A stretch of 64,000 bases of DNA from Minisyncoccia bacterium (GTDB lineage Bacteria > Patescibacteriota > Minisyncoccia > Phycocordibacterales > UBA9973). Location of the stretch: assembly GCA_041737125.1 (NCBI GenBank), contig JBGSSJ010000010.1, positions 22,354-86,353 of the forward strand, written 5' to 3'. This document shows, piece after piece, positions 1 through 8,847 of this stretch. The position numbers and the translations under genes are program-made. A model generated the notes under the pieces. That model was not told the origin of the DNA. It did no database searches and was given only the letters and a program-made list of their open reading frames with translations. The first letter of the stretch is position 1. Every line of letters begins with the position of its first letter.

Positions 1-257
1 AAGGCATCTCTCGTGAAGGCGAAATCATGGCGCTCGGTGAGAAGCTTGGTATCATAAGTAAATCAAGTGGTGCTATATTCACCTATCTAGGTACAGCAAA
101 GGCACGCGAAAAGGGCCCAGTCGAGGAAGTGAAGCTCGGCCGTGGATACGACGCTGCTCGCACCTTCCTTCGTGATAATAAAAAGCTATCAGAAGAAATA
201 CTTAAAGAAGTGAGGGGTAGATTCGACGAAATCCAAGTAACTTCAGCTGGAGAATAA
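1..257 (+). CDS. recA: RecA recombinase, C-terminal fragment (gene starts upstream of window)
   Basis: Translation GEKLGIISKSSGAIFTYLGTAKAREKGPVEEVKLGRGYDAARTFLRDNKKLSEEILKEVRGRF matches the conserved RecA C-terminal region (KIGQGKENA.. / YLKENPE..EIE..VR); the frame is open to the window edge. Confidence 0.8.
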   Translation, partial: GISREGEIMALGEKLGIISKSSGAIFTYLGTAKAREKGPVEEVKLGRGYDAARTFLRDNKKLSEEILKEVRGRFDEIQVTSAGE

Positions 258-353
258 ACCTAAACTTCGTAAAGATTATCAATAAAAAAATCCCTGACTA
301 CCGCAGGCAGGCTCGGATCTCCTCGCTTAAAAAGCTCGGCCAGACGTTTTTTC

Positions 354-382
354 TTGAAAATCTTTACTTCGTTTGTTATACT
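354..382 (+). promoter_or_regulatory. sigma70-like promoter for efp (-35 TTGAAA 354-359, 17-nt spacer, -10 TATACT 377-382)
   Basis: Hexamers and spacing read directly from the sequence; lies 29 nt upstream of the efp ATG. Confidence 0.45.
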
Positions 383-410
383 CTGTTCGTTATCATTAAC
401 TAACAATATT

Positions 411-986
411 ATGCTTGAATACAGTGAAATAAGACAAGGGAAGATTATAATACATGAAGATGAGCCATGTGAGGTCATAGAGAACCACGTCGCTCGTACA
501 CAGCAAAGAAAGCCTCAGAACCAGGTGAAGCTCAAGAGCTTGCTCTCGGGCCGTACATGGAATACTGTTTTCCATGCGTCAGATAAAGCTGATGAAGCAG
601 AGATCAATAAGAAAGATGTGAAGTTCCTCTATACGAACAAGAGCGAGTTCTGGTTCGCAGATCCTGAGAATCCAAAAGATAGATTCAAACTCGATGAGAA
701 GATTATCGGTGATGCTTCAAAATATCTAAAGTCAGATGAAATAGTGACTGCTGTCGTCTGGGAAGATGACGATGAAGAGAAAATCATAAATATTAAACTA
801 TCAGTAAAAATGGAATTCATAGTAAAAGAGGCTCCCCCATCTATCAAAGGTAATACTGCAAACGGTGGAGGTAAACTTGTGACTCTTGAGAATGGAGTAA
901 AAATAAACGTACCATTCTTCATAGAAACAGGAGAGAAAATCAGAGTGAACACAGAGACAGGTGAATACGTAGAGCGAGTTTCATAA
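411..986 (+). CDS. efp: Elongation factor P
   Basis: MLEYSEIRQGKIIIHEDEPCEVIE...KPQNQVKLKSLLSGRT... aligns with EF-P over its full length (KOW-like N domain, C-terminal GEYVERV). An internal ATG at 411 was chosen over the ORF-finder ATG at 354, which would add a hydrophobic non-homologous N-terminus. Confidence 0.9.
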   Translation: MLEYSEIRQGKIIIHEDEPCEVIENHVARTQQRKPQNQVKLKSLLSGRTWNTVFHASDKADEAEINKKDVKFLYTNKSEFWFADPENPKDRFKLDEKIIGDASKYLKSDEIVTAVVWEDDDEEKIINIKLSVKMEFIVKEAPPSIKGNTANGGGKLVTLENGVKINVPFFIETGEKIRVNTETGEYVERVS

Positions 987-1002
987 TAATTTAAAATAAA
1001 TA

Positions 1003-1046
1003 AAAAATACACGTGTAGTTGCATGCGCTGCGTGTATTTTTATTTT
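1003..1046 (+). terminator. Rho-independent terminator after efp
   Basis: Stem AAATACACG (1005-1013) / CGTGTATTT (1031-1039) followed by TTTTTATTTT. Confidence 0.7.
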
Positions 1047-1205
1047 GCGCGTCAATAAACAAACCTTTTAAAATTTGCTTACCATTATAAAATACATACA
1101 TGAAGTCGTATGCGCTACCATGTGAGAGAACTTGAGTTTTCAGGCATAGAGTGCGAACGACGCAATGTATGTATTTTATAATAGGCTTTATTTGTTTTTA
1201 CTTAC

Positions 1206-2207
1206 CTATTTTGCCATAGACTTCAGGACTTCTAGATACATGTCTTCTACTATCTTTTGTTGCGCGCGGCCGGTGGTCACATAGTGGTCGAGGCCGGGAG
1301 CAGCGTTGATCTCTATAACCCAATATTTCTTCATCTTATCTTTTATCTCCCCTTCTATCATCAAATCAACTCCGCAAAGACGCAAACCCATATCGCGAGT
1401 GAGATCTATGGCAATCTTTTTGAAATCTTTGTGTATAACACTTGTCACATCTATTGAATCCCCTCCTGTAGATAGGTTGGCATTATCAAGAAGAAAAATC
1501 TTCTCACCTTTCCCTAAGACTGACTTTAAGTTTTTATTAATTTGTTTTAATTTATTCTTGATGCGAACGTCACTAGCTTCTATAAAAATATCTCTTTTTA
1601 CTTTTTTGTAATATTTTATCTTGGCTTCTAAAAGTTTCCCGATTGGTGATTTACCATCTCCTGTCACAGAGAGCGGTACTCGCTCGTACGCGGATATTAT
1701 TTTATTATCTAGGACTACCACCCTATAATCTTTACCTTCCACCTGTCTTTGTACTAGTGCCATGCGATCAGCTTTAAAAATTTTATTCATTGCCTTGTAG
1801 AAAGATACTTTGTCATGGACAAGAGCCACCCCTGAACCCTGGCTTCCACTATTTGGCTTCACTATTACTGGGAACCCGAGTTTTTGTGCGTATTTATAAC
1901 CAGCATTTATATCGTCCTTAGAACCAATTGCCTTTGCCCAATGAGGCGCGCAGAAAGCTTTCCCTTCTATAGTCGGATAGCCCATTTTTTGCATGAAAAA
2001 GGTGGCATAATCCTTGTCCGCTGCTACCTCTGAAGCACCTAGGGGATTGAGGTCGACACTCCTGAATCTTGAATATCTACGCTTGCCGTTTTTAAATGTA
2101 ATCTGGGACACTATCCCCCATTTGGGTTCGAAGAAAACCTTTGCTCCAATTTTCGGTGCGATTTTCTCTAACATATTCATAATGAACTTATTCCTTTTTC
2201 TTTTCAT
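1206..2207 (-). CDS. ATP-grasp domain protein (RimK / cyanophycin-synthetase-like ligase)
   Basis: 333 aa. Glycine-rich loop ...KPNSGSQGSGVALV..., ...RVVVLDNKII..., and a C-terminal ...EINAAPGL... arrangement typical of ATP-grasp ligases. Confidence 0.65.
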   Translation of the reverse strand: MKRKRNKFIMNMLEKIAPKIGAKVFFEPKWGIVSQITFKNGKRRYSRFRSVDLNPLGASEVAADKDYATFFMQKMGYPTIEGKAFCAPHWAKAIGSKDDINAGYKYAQKLGFPVIVKPNSGSQGSGVALVHDKVSFYKAMNKIFKADRMALVQRQVEGKDYRVVVLDNKIISAYERVPLSVTGDGKSPIGKLLEAKIKYYKKVKRDIFIEASDVRIKNKLKQINKNLKSVLGKGEKIFLLDNANLSTGGDSIDVTSVIHKDFKKIAIDLTRDMGLRLCGVDLMIEGEIKDKMKKYWVIEINAAPGLDHYVTTGRAQQKIVEDMYLEVLKSMAK

Positions 2208-2214
2208 ACAAAAT

Positions 2215-2250
2215 AAAATCTCCCCAAAGGACCGGCTTTGGGGAGATTTT
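2215..2250 (-). terminator. Rho-independent terminator downstream of rplK
   Basis: AAAATCTCCCCAAAG-GACCGG-CTTTGGGGAGATTTT hairpin followed by a U-run on the minus-strand transcript. Confidence 0.7.
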
Positions 2251-2255
2251 AATTA

Positions 2256-2684
2256 TTAGTCTACGATTGTAATACCTGCAGAGCGAGCACTACCTTCTAT
2301 GATCTTCATTGCACCTTCTAAATCTTTCGCATTTAGGTCTGGCATCTTCTTCTCTGCGATTTCCTTTACTTGTGCACGAGTGATTTTGCCTGCCTTTGAA
2401 GTGTTCGGCTTACCTGAACCTTTCTCTATGCCTGCTGCTTTGAATATAAGTCCTGCAACTGGAGGAGTCTTCACTTGTATATCGTAAGTACGGTCTTCGT
2501 ATACTGATATCACACATCCGACTATTTCCCCTGCCATTGCTTGTGTCATAGCGTTGAACTTCTGACAGAATTCTGCGATGTTCACCCCGGCTTGACCGAG
2601 GGCTGGACCAAGTGGTGGTGCAGGTGTTGCTTTAGCTGCAGGAATTTGAAGTTTTACTTTTTTAGTTATTTTTTTAGCTGCCAT
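2256..2684 (-). CDS. rplK: 50S ribosomal protein L11
   Basis: [45 protein letters not shown]... is the canonical L11 N-terminus. Confidence 0.95.
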   Translation of the reverse strand: MAAKKITKKVKLQIPAAKATPAPPLGPALGQAGVNIAEFCQKFNAMTQAMAGEIVGCVISVYEDRTYDIQVKTPPVAGLIFKAAGIEKGSGKPNTSKAGKITRAQVKEIAEKKMPDLNAKDLEGAMKIIEGSARSAGITIVD

Positions 2685-2762
2685 ATAATTTGTTTAATTA
2701 CGTATAAATTTGAAGCTTTAGCGTAACAGGCTTAATTTAGCACAATTCTCCTCTTTAATCAA

Positions 2763-3317
2763 TTAGAGCTTTTTAATCTGTAAGAAGTCGAGCTCGACTG
2801 GTGTCTCACGACCGAACATTGAAACAAGCACTTTCACCTTACCACGCTCACGATCTACATCATTCACTTTACCTTCAAGCTCCTTGAATGGACCGTCAGC
2901 AATGCGAACAATTTCATCTATCTCTACATCTATCTGGTGCTTGCCAGCAGCTCCATTCGCTTTGTCCATTCTGCCGAATAAATCATCTACTTCTTGCTTG
3001 TTGAGTGGGACTGGGTTTACTCCTGCGCCGACGAATCCTGTCACACGTGGAGTATTACGGACTACATACCATGAATTATCATCCACGATCATATCTACGA
3101 GTACATAACCTGGGTAGACCTTCTCTTCTACTTCAGCGCGCTTGCCTCCCTTGATTTTGATCTTCTTTTCTGTAGGAACAACGACAGAGAAAATCTTATC
3201 ATTCATACCTAGTGAATCAATGCGCTGCTTTAGATTACGCATGACAGCATTCTCGTACCCTGCGTAAGTGTGTATTGCGTACCAGTTCCTCTCGCCTCTT
3301 AATTCTTGTTTTGCCAT
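2763..3317 (-). CDS. nusG: Transcription termination/antitermination factor NusG
   Basis: NGN domain (WYAIHTYAGYENAV) plus C-terminal KOW (GPFKELEGKV..VKVLVSMFGRETPVEL); classic secE-nusG-rplK order. Confidence 0.9.
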   Translation of the reverse strand: MAKQELRGERNWYAIHTYAGYENAVMRNLKQRIDSLGMNDKIFSVVVPTEKKIKIKGGKRAEVEEKVYPGYVLVDMIVDDNSWYVVRNTPRVTGFVGAGVNPVPLNKQEVDDLFGRMDKANGAAGKHQIDVEIDEIVRIADGPFKELEGKVNDVDRERGKVKVLVSMFGRETPVELDFLQIKKL

Positions 3318-3331
3318 ATATTAAATATAAA

Positions 3332-3517
3332 TTATAGTGATAAAAGTTTATCTAAACCAAGTGAGAATAGCTTGTCGAAGAAACCTAGGAAGTAAGCAAC
3401 TAGCACTGACACGAGAATAACAGCCAGAGTGAAGAATATCGCTTGCCTTCGTGTAGGCCAATTCACATTATCCATTTCTGCCTTAACCTCTTTTAAATAT
3501 TCAATAGTTTTATTCAT
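3332..3517 (-). CDS. secE: Preprotein translocase subunit SecE
   Basis: 61 aa, single TM helix, ...VKAEMDNVNWPTRRQAIFFTLAVILVSVLVA...; sits immediately upstream of nusG. Confidence 0.75.
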   Translation of the reverse strand: MNKTIEYLKEVKAEMDNVNWPTRRQAIFFTLAVILVSVLVAYFLGFFDKLFSLGLDKLLSL

Positions 3518-3610
3518 AAATAATTATCCCCTTATTAAAAATCACCCCGTAGGGCTTATAAAAACATAGTACCATAACTAAGGACAAGTTACAAGGAAGC
3601 GCTAGAACAC

Positions 3611-3640
3611 AAAAAAGCCTAGTAATACTAGGCTTTTTTG
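3611..3640. terminator. Bidirectional palindromic terminator (AAAAAAGCCTAGTA-A-TACTAGGCTTTTTT)
   Basis: Perfect 14-bp stem flanked by A-run and T-run; follows the SIMPL-domain gene on the minus strand. Confidence 0.75.
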
Positions 3641-3668
3641 TGTTCTTATCTTCAATTTATAAACTTTA

Positions 3669-4460
3669 CTACTTTATCTCGTAAGTTATAGTAACATTTG
3701 AAGTTATCTTATTCTCACCTTTTGGAAGCTCTGGAGCAGCCACAGCACCTGCTGTCATAGATTCCATCCTCATATCTTTGGCATACATCATTGGGTAGCC
3801 TCCACCATTCTCAGAAAAGCTGACAACACCACCAAGAGTCACACCTAGCTGCTTTGCTAAGACTTGTGCCTTCTCTTTTGCATCATCTATTGCTTTCGCG
3901 CGAGCTTCTGCAGTTAGACCGTCTTCATCATCGATAGAGAAAGAGGGACCACTAATATCGATAATTCCTAAGCTAGCGAGTCCAGTGCGTACTTCATTTG
4001 CATTATCTACCTCACGTACTTTGACAGAGATAGATTGAGTAGCTGTGTAGCCTGTAATTTTTGGATCTCGTTGTGGGCAAGGATATGTAATACAATAAAC
4101 TTGCTCATATGAATACTTTGGAGAAAGTCCTCCGTACTCTGACTTGATGTCTTTATCCTCTATCTTTTGTTCTTTGAGGTAATTTACAACTTTAGTAATA
4201 TCTGCATTTAGAAGATCTTGAGCTTCCTTTGAAGTCTTTCCATCTTTGGTAAGGTTCACTGATATTGTGGCAATGTCTGATACTGCCATAACTTCCCCAC
4301 TACCTGAGACCGTAATAGACGCTGGAGCTTGTTCCCCGCGACCTATATACTTACCCATCTTCACCTCATTGATAGACTTTAATAAAACGAACACTGATAA
4401 TAAAGCAACTAAAACTACAGCTGCCATAATAAACCTTTTGTTATTTAATATATTTTCCAT
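3669..4460 (-). CDS. SIMPL-domain (DUF541, YggE / 26-kDa periplasmic immunogenic protein-like) protein with N-terminal TM anchor
   Basis: N-terminal TM, then ...ITVSGSGEVMAVSDIATISVNL... and ...GENKITSNVTITYEIK, characteristic of SIMPL family. Confidence 0.65.
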   Translation of the reverse strand: MENILNNKRFIMAAVVLVALLSVFVLLKSINEVKMGKYIGRGEQAPASITVSGSGEVMAVSDIATISVNLTKDGKTSKEAQDLLNADITKVVNYLKEQKIEDKDIKSEYGGLSPKYSYEQVYCITYPCPQRDPKITGYTATQSISVKVREVDNANEVRTGLASLGIIDISGPSFSIDDEDGLTAEARAKAIDDAKEKAQVLAKQLGVTLGGVVSFSENGGGYPMMYAKDMRMESMTAGAVAAPELPKGENKITSNVTITYEIK

Positions 4461-4663
4461 AGGGCTATTATAACATAAAATAACCCTTTAAAATAAATTG
4501 ACAAATAGGGACTAAATGTTACCATAAAAAAATGCCAGTACATTTAATCCAGATAATTATTCCTGCAGTTGGAATAATTATCTTAGTGGTAGCTGCTATT
4601 TATAGTAGTCGTCCATGCACGAAAAGTGCGGATACAAGGGGATAAACACCCCGCCACTAATCA

Positions 4664-4708
4664 CAAAAAAAAATAATGCCACCAAAGTTTAAATACTAAA
4701 GTGGCATT
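4664..4708 (-). terminator. Rho-independent terminator of the ABC efflux operon
   Basis: ATGCCAC (4677-4683) / GTGGCAT (4701-4707) stem, then a U-run on the minus transcript (plus-strand A-run 4665-4675). Confidence 0.65.
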
Positions 4709-5386
4709 TTATTTATTCATTTTATCACTTGTTATCAATCCATCTGCCATGGTGATAGTCCTATGAGCGAGCTTGGCATACTCGGGTTCGTGGGTAACCA
4801 TGACTATGGTCTGCCCTTCTTTATTTAGATCGAGGAATGTTGCTATAACTTGCTCGGATGTCTCTGAGTCGAGGTTCGCTGTCGGCTCATCGGCAAATAT
4901 AACTTTTGGATTGTGCGATATTGCACGTGCAATAGACACACGTTGCTGCTGCCCACCAGAAAGCTGACTTGGCAGATTGTTCATACGGTCGAGTAGCCCT
5001 ACCTTATCTAGTGCTTTCTTGGCTTTCGTTGTAGCTACTTTCGTAGTATAACCTTGCATCAAAAGTGGAAGCATTGTGTTCTCAAGTGCAGTAAGTGACG
5101 GTAGTATCGCGTAATCCTGAAATATATAACCCAAATCATTGAGTCTCGCATGTGTGCGCTCATTCTCATTTGCTACTACTAAGTCTCTGCCGTCGATGAC
5201 TACTTCGCCTGATGTAGGTAGGTCGAGTAAACCTAGCTGATAAAGCAAAGTGGATTTACCAGAACCGGACTTCCCTGTAATAGTAATGAACTGTCCTTGA
5301 GGCACGGTAAAAGAAACTTTATTGAGGGCAATAATTTTCTGATCACCGCTTTGGAATATTTTTGTAAGATCTTTTGCTTCTATCAT
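4709..5386 (-). CDS. ABC transporter ATP-binding protein (MacB / LolD / FtsE-like)
   Basis: Walker A GKSGSGKST, ABC signature LSGGQQQRVSIARA, Walker B VIFADEPT. Confidence 0.9.
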   Translation of the reverse strand: MIEAKDLTKIFQSGDQKIIALNKVSFTVPQGQFITITGKSGSGKSTLLYQLGLLDLPTSGEVVIDGRDLVVANENERTHARLNDLGYIFQDYAILPSLTALENTMLPLLMQGYTTKVATTKAKKALDKVGLLDRMNNLPSQLSGGQQQRVSIARAISHNPKVIFADEPTANLDSETSEQVIATFLDLNKEGQTIVMVTHEPEYAKLAHRTITMADGLITSDKMNK

Positions 5387-5427
5387 GTAAATTAGTTAAA
5401 AGTTTATAAAGTTTAAAGTTATAAAGG

Positions 5428-6705
5428 CTACCTACCTAAGATAGCACTGAGAGTATTCTGTCTAATAACGATTCGAGCTGGAATATAACCTGCGATAATT
5501 GTAGCGACCAGCAAGATTCCTGCACGTATCAGTGTACCGCTCATAGTAGCCACGAGTATACCGTCAGAGAATGGGAAGTCGAGAGGATTAGCAGCAAAGT
5601 ATGGCTTGATAAGGAAGAATATTAATATCATGCCGATAAGTATACCTAGCCCTGCATATATACAAGCTTGGTACATATAAGAGTAGAGTATCGCCCTCTT
5701 ATTAATACCTATACCTTTCAATATCCCTATGAAGCGCCTGCGTGTAATTGCATTCACGAATATAACTATGAATATGGTAATAGAGGCTACCACAAGACCA
5801 ATACCAGAGATAACGGATCCAAGTATAGCAAAAGTAGCTTTGATATCTTTTAAGAATTTAGGGAATGCTTCCTCGGCAGTTTGAATACGGGCGAATTTAT
5901 CTACACCGGATGCTATCAAGAAGTTCTTCGCTTGCGTCGGATCTGTTCCTGGTTGTAGTTGTATCGCTATGGTACCAGCGTTGAGGTCATTACGGCCGAG
6001 TAATTTACGAACTTCGGAATCAAGAGCAACTACGGAGGTATCGAAGTCATCCACTTTACTTTTTATAATACCTTTCACGAAATATTCTTTCGATGAATCA
6101 CCTGAGGTGACTTTAATACGGGAACCAATTTTCACATCTTTAAGAGTCTGGAAGCCTGGGGCTTCGATAGGAGTGAATTCATAAAGCAAATTCTTCCCTA
6201 TTAACACACTATCTTGATCTAAAGTATTTAAGAATGAACCACGAATAACGAACTTCGATATGCCGGAGAACTTCTCTTCTTCTATCGGATCGATGCCTAG
6301 TAGTGATCCTCCTGCTCCATCACGCTTGTCACCTGGAGCTACTGTCTCCCTGTAATTTGATTCCACTCGTGCAGATCCAGAGTAGCGAACTGTATGATTC
6401 CTATAACCTGGGATAGTTTTCACAATGTCGACTACCATGGGGGTCTGCTCTATAGCGCTCTTATTTAGGAATGGAGATATCACGAGGTCCCCTATAGAGT
6501 ACTTTTTCTGTGCATCTTCTGAGCCCTGGATGAGTCCGATAAGTATCCCCGAAACCACAATAAGGTTCAGAAATGTAAGAGTCATGACTAGGACTATGAG
6601 CCCTGTCGTCCATATATTTGCTCTTTTAATATCTCGCTTTGCTAAAAACCATCCGACTTTTATATTACGAGAAAATGAGTTTTCATTTGTAATTTGATCT
6701 TTCAT
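5428..6705 (-). CDS. ABC transporter permease, FtsX/MacB family
   Basis: N-terminal TM, large periplasmic domain, C-terminal 3-TM FtsX-like region; immediately downstream of the adaptor gene. Confidence 0.8.
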   Translation of the reverse strand: MKDQITNENSFSRNIKVGWFLAKRDIKRANIWTTGLIVLVMTLTFLNLIVVSGILIGLIQGSEDAQKKYSIGDLVISPFLNKSAIEQTPMVVDIVKTIPGYRNHTVRYSGSARVESNYRETVAPGDKRDGAGGSLLGIDPIEEEKFSGISKFVIRGSFLNTLDQDSVLIGKNLLYEFTPIEAPGFQTLKDVKIGSRIKVTSGDSSKEYFVKGIIKSKVDDFDTSVVALDSEVRKLLGRNDLNAGTIAIQLQPGTDPTQAKNFLIASGVDKFARIQTAEEAFPKFLKDIKATFAILGSVISGIGLVVASITIFIVIFVNAITRRRFIGILKGIGINKRAILYSYMYQACIYAGLGILIGMILIFFLIKPYFAANPLDFPFSDGILVATMSGTLIRAGILLVATIIAGYIPARIVIRQNTLSAILGR

Positions 6706-8198
6706 TATTTTGAAACAATTGCAATATCATTCCCATCAGAGAGTCCGGAAGTAATCTCTATAAGGTTACCGTCACCAAGTAGGCCTATTTTCACTTCTAC
6801 TTCTTTGTACTTCTGTCGCTTTAGATCTGTAATTACATTTACATAGTTTGCTCCATCTTTTACAAATACTGCAGCTTTCGGAACCACAAGACTGCGTCCC
6901 CCTTCTGCTGTAATAATTTCTATATCTGCATTCATACCAGTTAGAATACTCTTATCTAGATTATCTATTGATGCCTTTATTTTGTAATTCACAATTCCCT
7001 CCTCGGTTGTAGAACTAGGGTCGACATGGACAACTGCACCTGTAAATACTTTCTCGTCGCCAAAAGCATCAAATGTCATAGAAACTCTCTGTCCGAGCTT
7101 AAGATTCGCAATACTTGATTCATTTATCTTCGCTTCTATATACAAATTAGAGACATCTTGAAGCATCATAATCGGCTTCTGAACTTCAGACAGCTCGCCT
7201 AGCTTCACATCTATGTTCGTAATTGTTCCATCTGCTGGTGCACGAATTACTGTGTCTTCGAATTTCGCTTGAGCGGCTTGTAGTTGGCCTTCTGCTGATA
7301 ATATATCTGCACGAGCAAGATCTAGATCAGAGCCAGAAGCTTGGGCTTTCTTTAGATTAAGCTCTGTGGTACGCTGCTCTATGATTGAATTACGATGTGA
7401 TATTGCCTCTTGGTATGCATTGTAATTTGTTAGATAATTTGGAGCTTTCTGATTTGGTATGTTTATAGTCCACTCTATGTTTGTATCTATTTGCTCAGGG
7501 AAAGTTATGTACAAACCGGAGTTACCTATCGGCTGAGGAGTCAAACTTGTAGCCATCTTTGTACCACTGACAAGCCCAGAGGCAGTAAAACTATATCCTC
7601 CACTACTAGAGTACGGCTTGATTTTAATTGTGCCTTCTTTACCCAAGGTATAAGTACCAGATATTATGGGAGCTACTTTATCCTCATTGCTATCTAATAG
7701 AAATGCTTCATGTGTAGAATTTAGTAGATTCTGATAAGCATTTTTAACGGCCAAGTCCTCGACAATTTTCGCCTGAGAAAGTGCAACTTCTGCAAGTGCA
7801 ACTTCTGAGCCTTCTATTATCTTCTTGTATTTAGCTTGAGCGGAAGCATAAGCACCACGTGCTTGTGTGAGACTTGCAAGAACTGAACCTTGATCCACCG
7901 TAGCCAAGATATCGCCCTTCTTTACATTATCTCCAACTTTCACTCGAAGAGACTTCACTGTGCCACTAGAGTTGAAGGACAAGCTTAAGTCAACATTCGA
8001 AGTCACCGTACCTGTAGCTAGAACTGTCTGCTTCAAATCTACATAGCGTGCCTTATCGAGAACAATTTCTGTGGAAGTAGCGGCTGGGCGCATAAAATAA
8101 GAAAGTAGAATAATTACGAGAATAATTACCCCCCAGAAACGCTTCTTCTTATAGTACTTTTTAAAAAAGTTTATTATTAATTCTTTCTTTTCTTGCAT
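6705..8198 (-). CDS. Periplasmic adaptor (membrane fusion protein, HlyD / MacA family)
   Basis: N-terminal TM anchor, long coiled-coil region (ALAEVALSQAK... LDLARADILSAEGQLQAAQAKF), beta-barrel domain ...VIRAPADGTITNI..; stop overlaps the permease start. Confidence 0.8.
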   Translation of the reverse strand: MQEKKELIINFFKKYYKKKRFWGVIILVIILLSYFMRPAATSTEIVLDKARYVDLKQTVLATGTVTSNVDLSLSFNSSGTVKSLRVKVGDNVKKGDILATVDQGSVLASLTQARGAYASAQAKYKKIIEGSEVALAEVALSQAKIVEDLAVKNAYQNLLNSTHEAFLLDSNEDKVAPIISGTYTLGKEGTIKIKPYSSSGGYSFTASGLVSGTKMATSLTPQPIGNSGLYITFPEQIDTNIEWTINIPNQKAPNYLTNYNAYQEAISHRNSIIEQRTTELNLKKAQASGSDLDLARADILSAEGQLQAAQAKFEDTVIRAPADGTITNIDVKLGELSEVQKPIMMLQDVSNLYIEAKINESSIANLKLGQRVSMTFDAFGDEKVFTGAVVHVDPSSTTEEGIVNYKIKASIDNLDKSILTGMNADIEIITAEGGRSLVVPKAAVFVKDGANYVNVITDLKRQKYKEVEVKIGLLGDGNLIEITSGLSDGNDIAIVSK

Positions 8199-8199
8199 A

Positions 8200-8781
8200 T
8201 TATTTAATCGCTACGAGTTCTACGTCAAATACTAAATCAGCATTAGGTGGTATGCCTGAACGAGGATCAGGATTCGCGCCATAAGCTTGCTCGCTTGGAA
8301 TAAGTAATCTTCGTGTGCCACCTATCTTCATACCTGGAATACCATCTGTCCAGCCTTTAATCACGTTACCGAGTGGAAATGTAATCGGAGTGGTACCAAA
8401 ATCTTTTGAACTTTGAAATACCTCACCCGTACTTGCGATAGCTCCTATGTAATGCACACTCACTGTATCCCCTGCTTTCACTTCCGCACCTGTACCTACC
8501 ACTGTATCAACTTTTTGTAATGTATCAACTTTTGATACTGCTGTGAACCCTGTTAGTAATCTTGTGTTTGTATCCATATCTATATTTATTGTTTCCGACT
8601 TTTGTTCTGTCGGATTATTATTAATAATTTCCTCTTGTTTGTTATCTGATAAATTTACTGTTTGCATATTGTCTATCTCATTTATATCTTCTTTTGTAGC
8701 CATATAATACAAACCAAGTCCTACTAGACATATAACTACAACAGAAATCACAATATTTGTGTTATTTTTATTATTTTCCAT
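8200..8781 (-). CDS. FKBP-type peptidyl-prolyl cis-trans isomerase, membrane-anchored
   Basis: VHYIGAIASTGEVFQSS..PITFPLGNVIKGWTDGIPGMKIGGTRRLLIPSEQAYG...IPPNADLVFDVELVAIK matches the FKBP signature. Confidence 0.85.
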   Translation of the reverse strand: MENNKNNTNIVISVVVICLVGLGLYYMATKEDINEIDNMQTVNLSDNKQEEIINNNPTEQKSETINIDMDTNTRLLTGFTAVSKVDTLQKVDTVVGTGAEVKAGDTVSVHYIGAIASTGEVFQSSKDFGTTPITFPLGNVIKGWTDGIPGMKIGGTRRLLIPSEQAYGANPDPRSGIPPNADLVFDVELVAIK

Positions 8782-8847
8782 ATTTTTATTTTTTATTTAT
8801 AAGTTTAGCTATTATAGCATTATCAATTCATTTTTAAAAATGAATTT

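Noticed and set aside
629-1024. 131-aa minus-strand ORF overlapping efp, and similar antisense ORFs inside fusA (10851-11258, 11426-11620, 11673-11876), the P1B ATPase (9080-9550, 10079-10411), nrdJ (42112-42351, 43191-43526), the P2 ATPase (53136-54068), comEC (17549-17962) and others
   Set aside because: Each lies entirely antisense within a well-supported conserved gene. They have low-complexity, Ser/Ile/Phe-rich translations typical of shadow ORFs in AT-rich DNA, and no recognisable motifs.
3518-3668. tRNA-Trp expected upstream of secE, as in many bacteria
   Set aside because: No cloverleaf-compatible sequence was found. The region contains only a palindromic terminator (3611-3640) and AT-rich promoter-like sequence.
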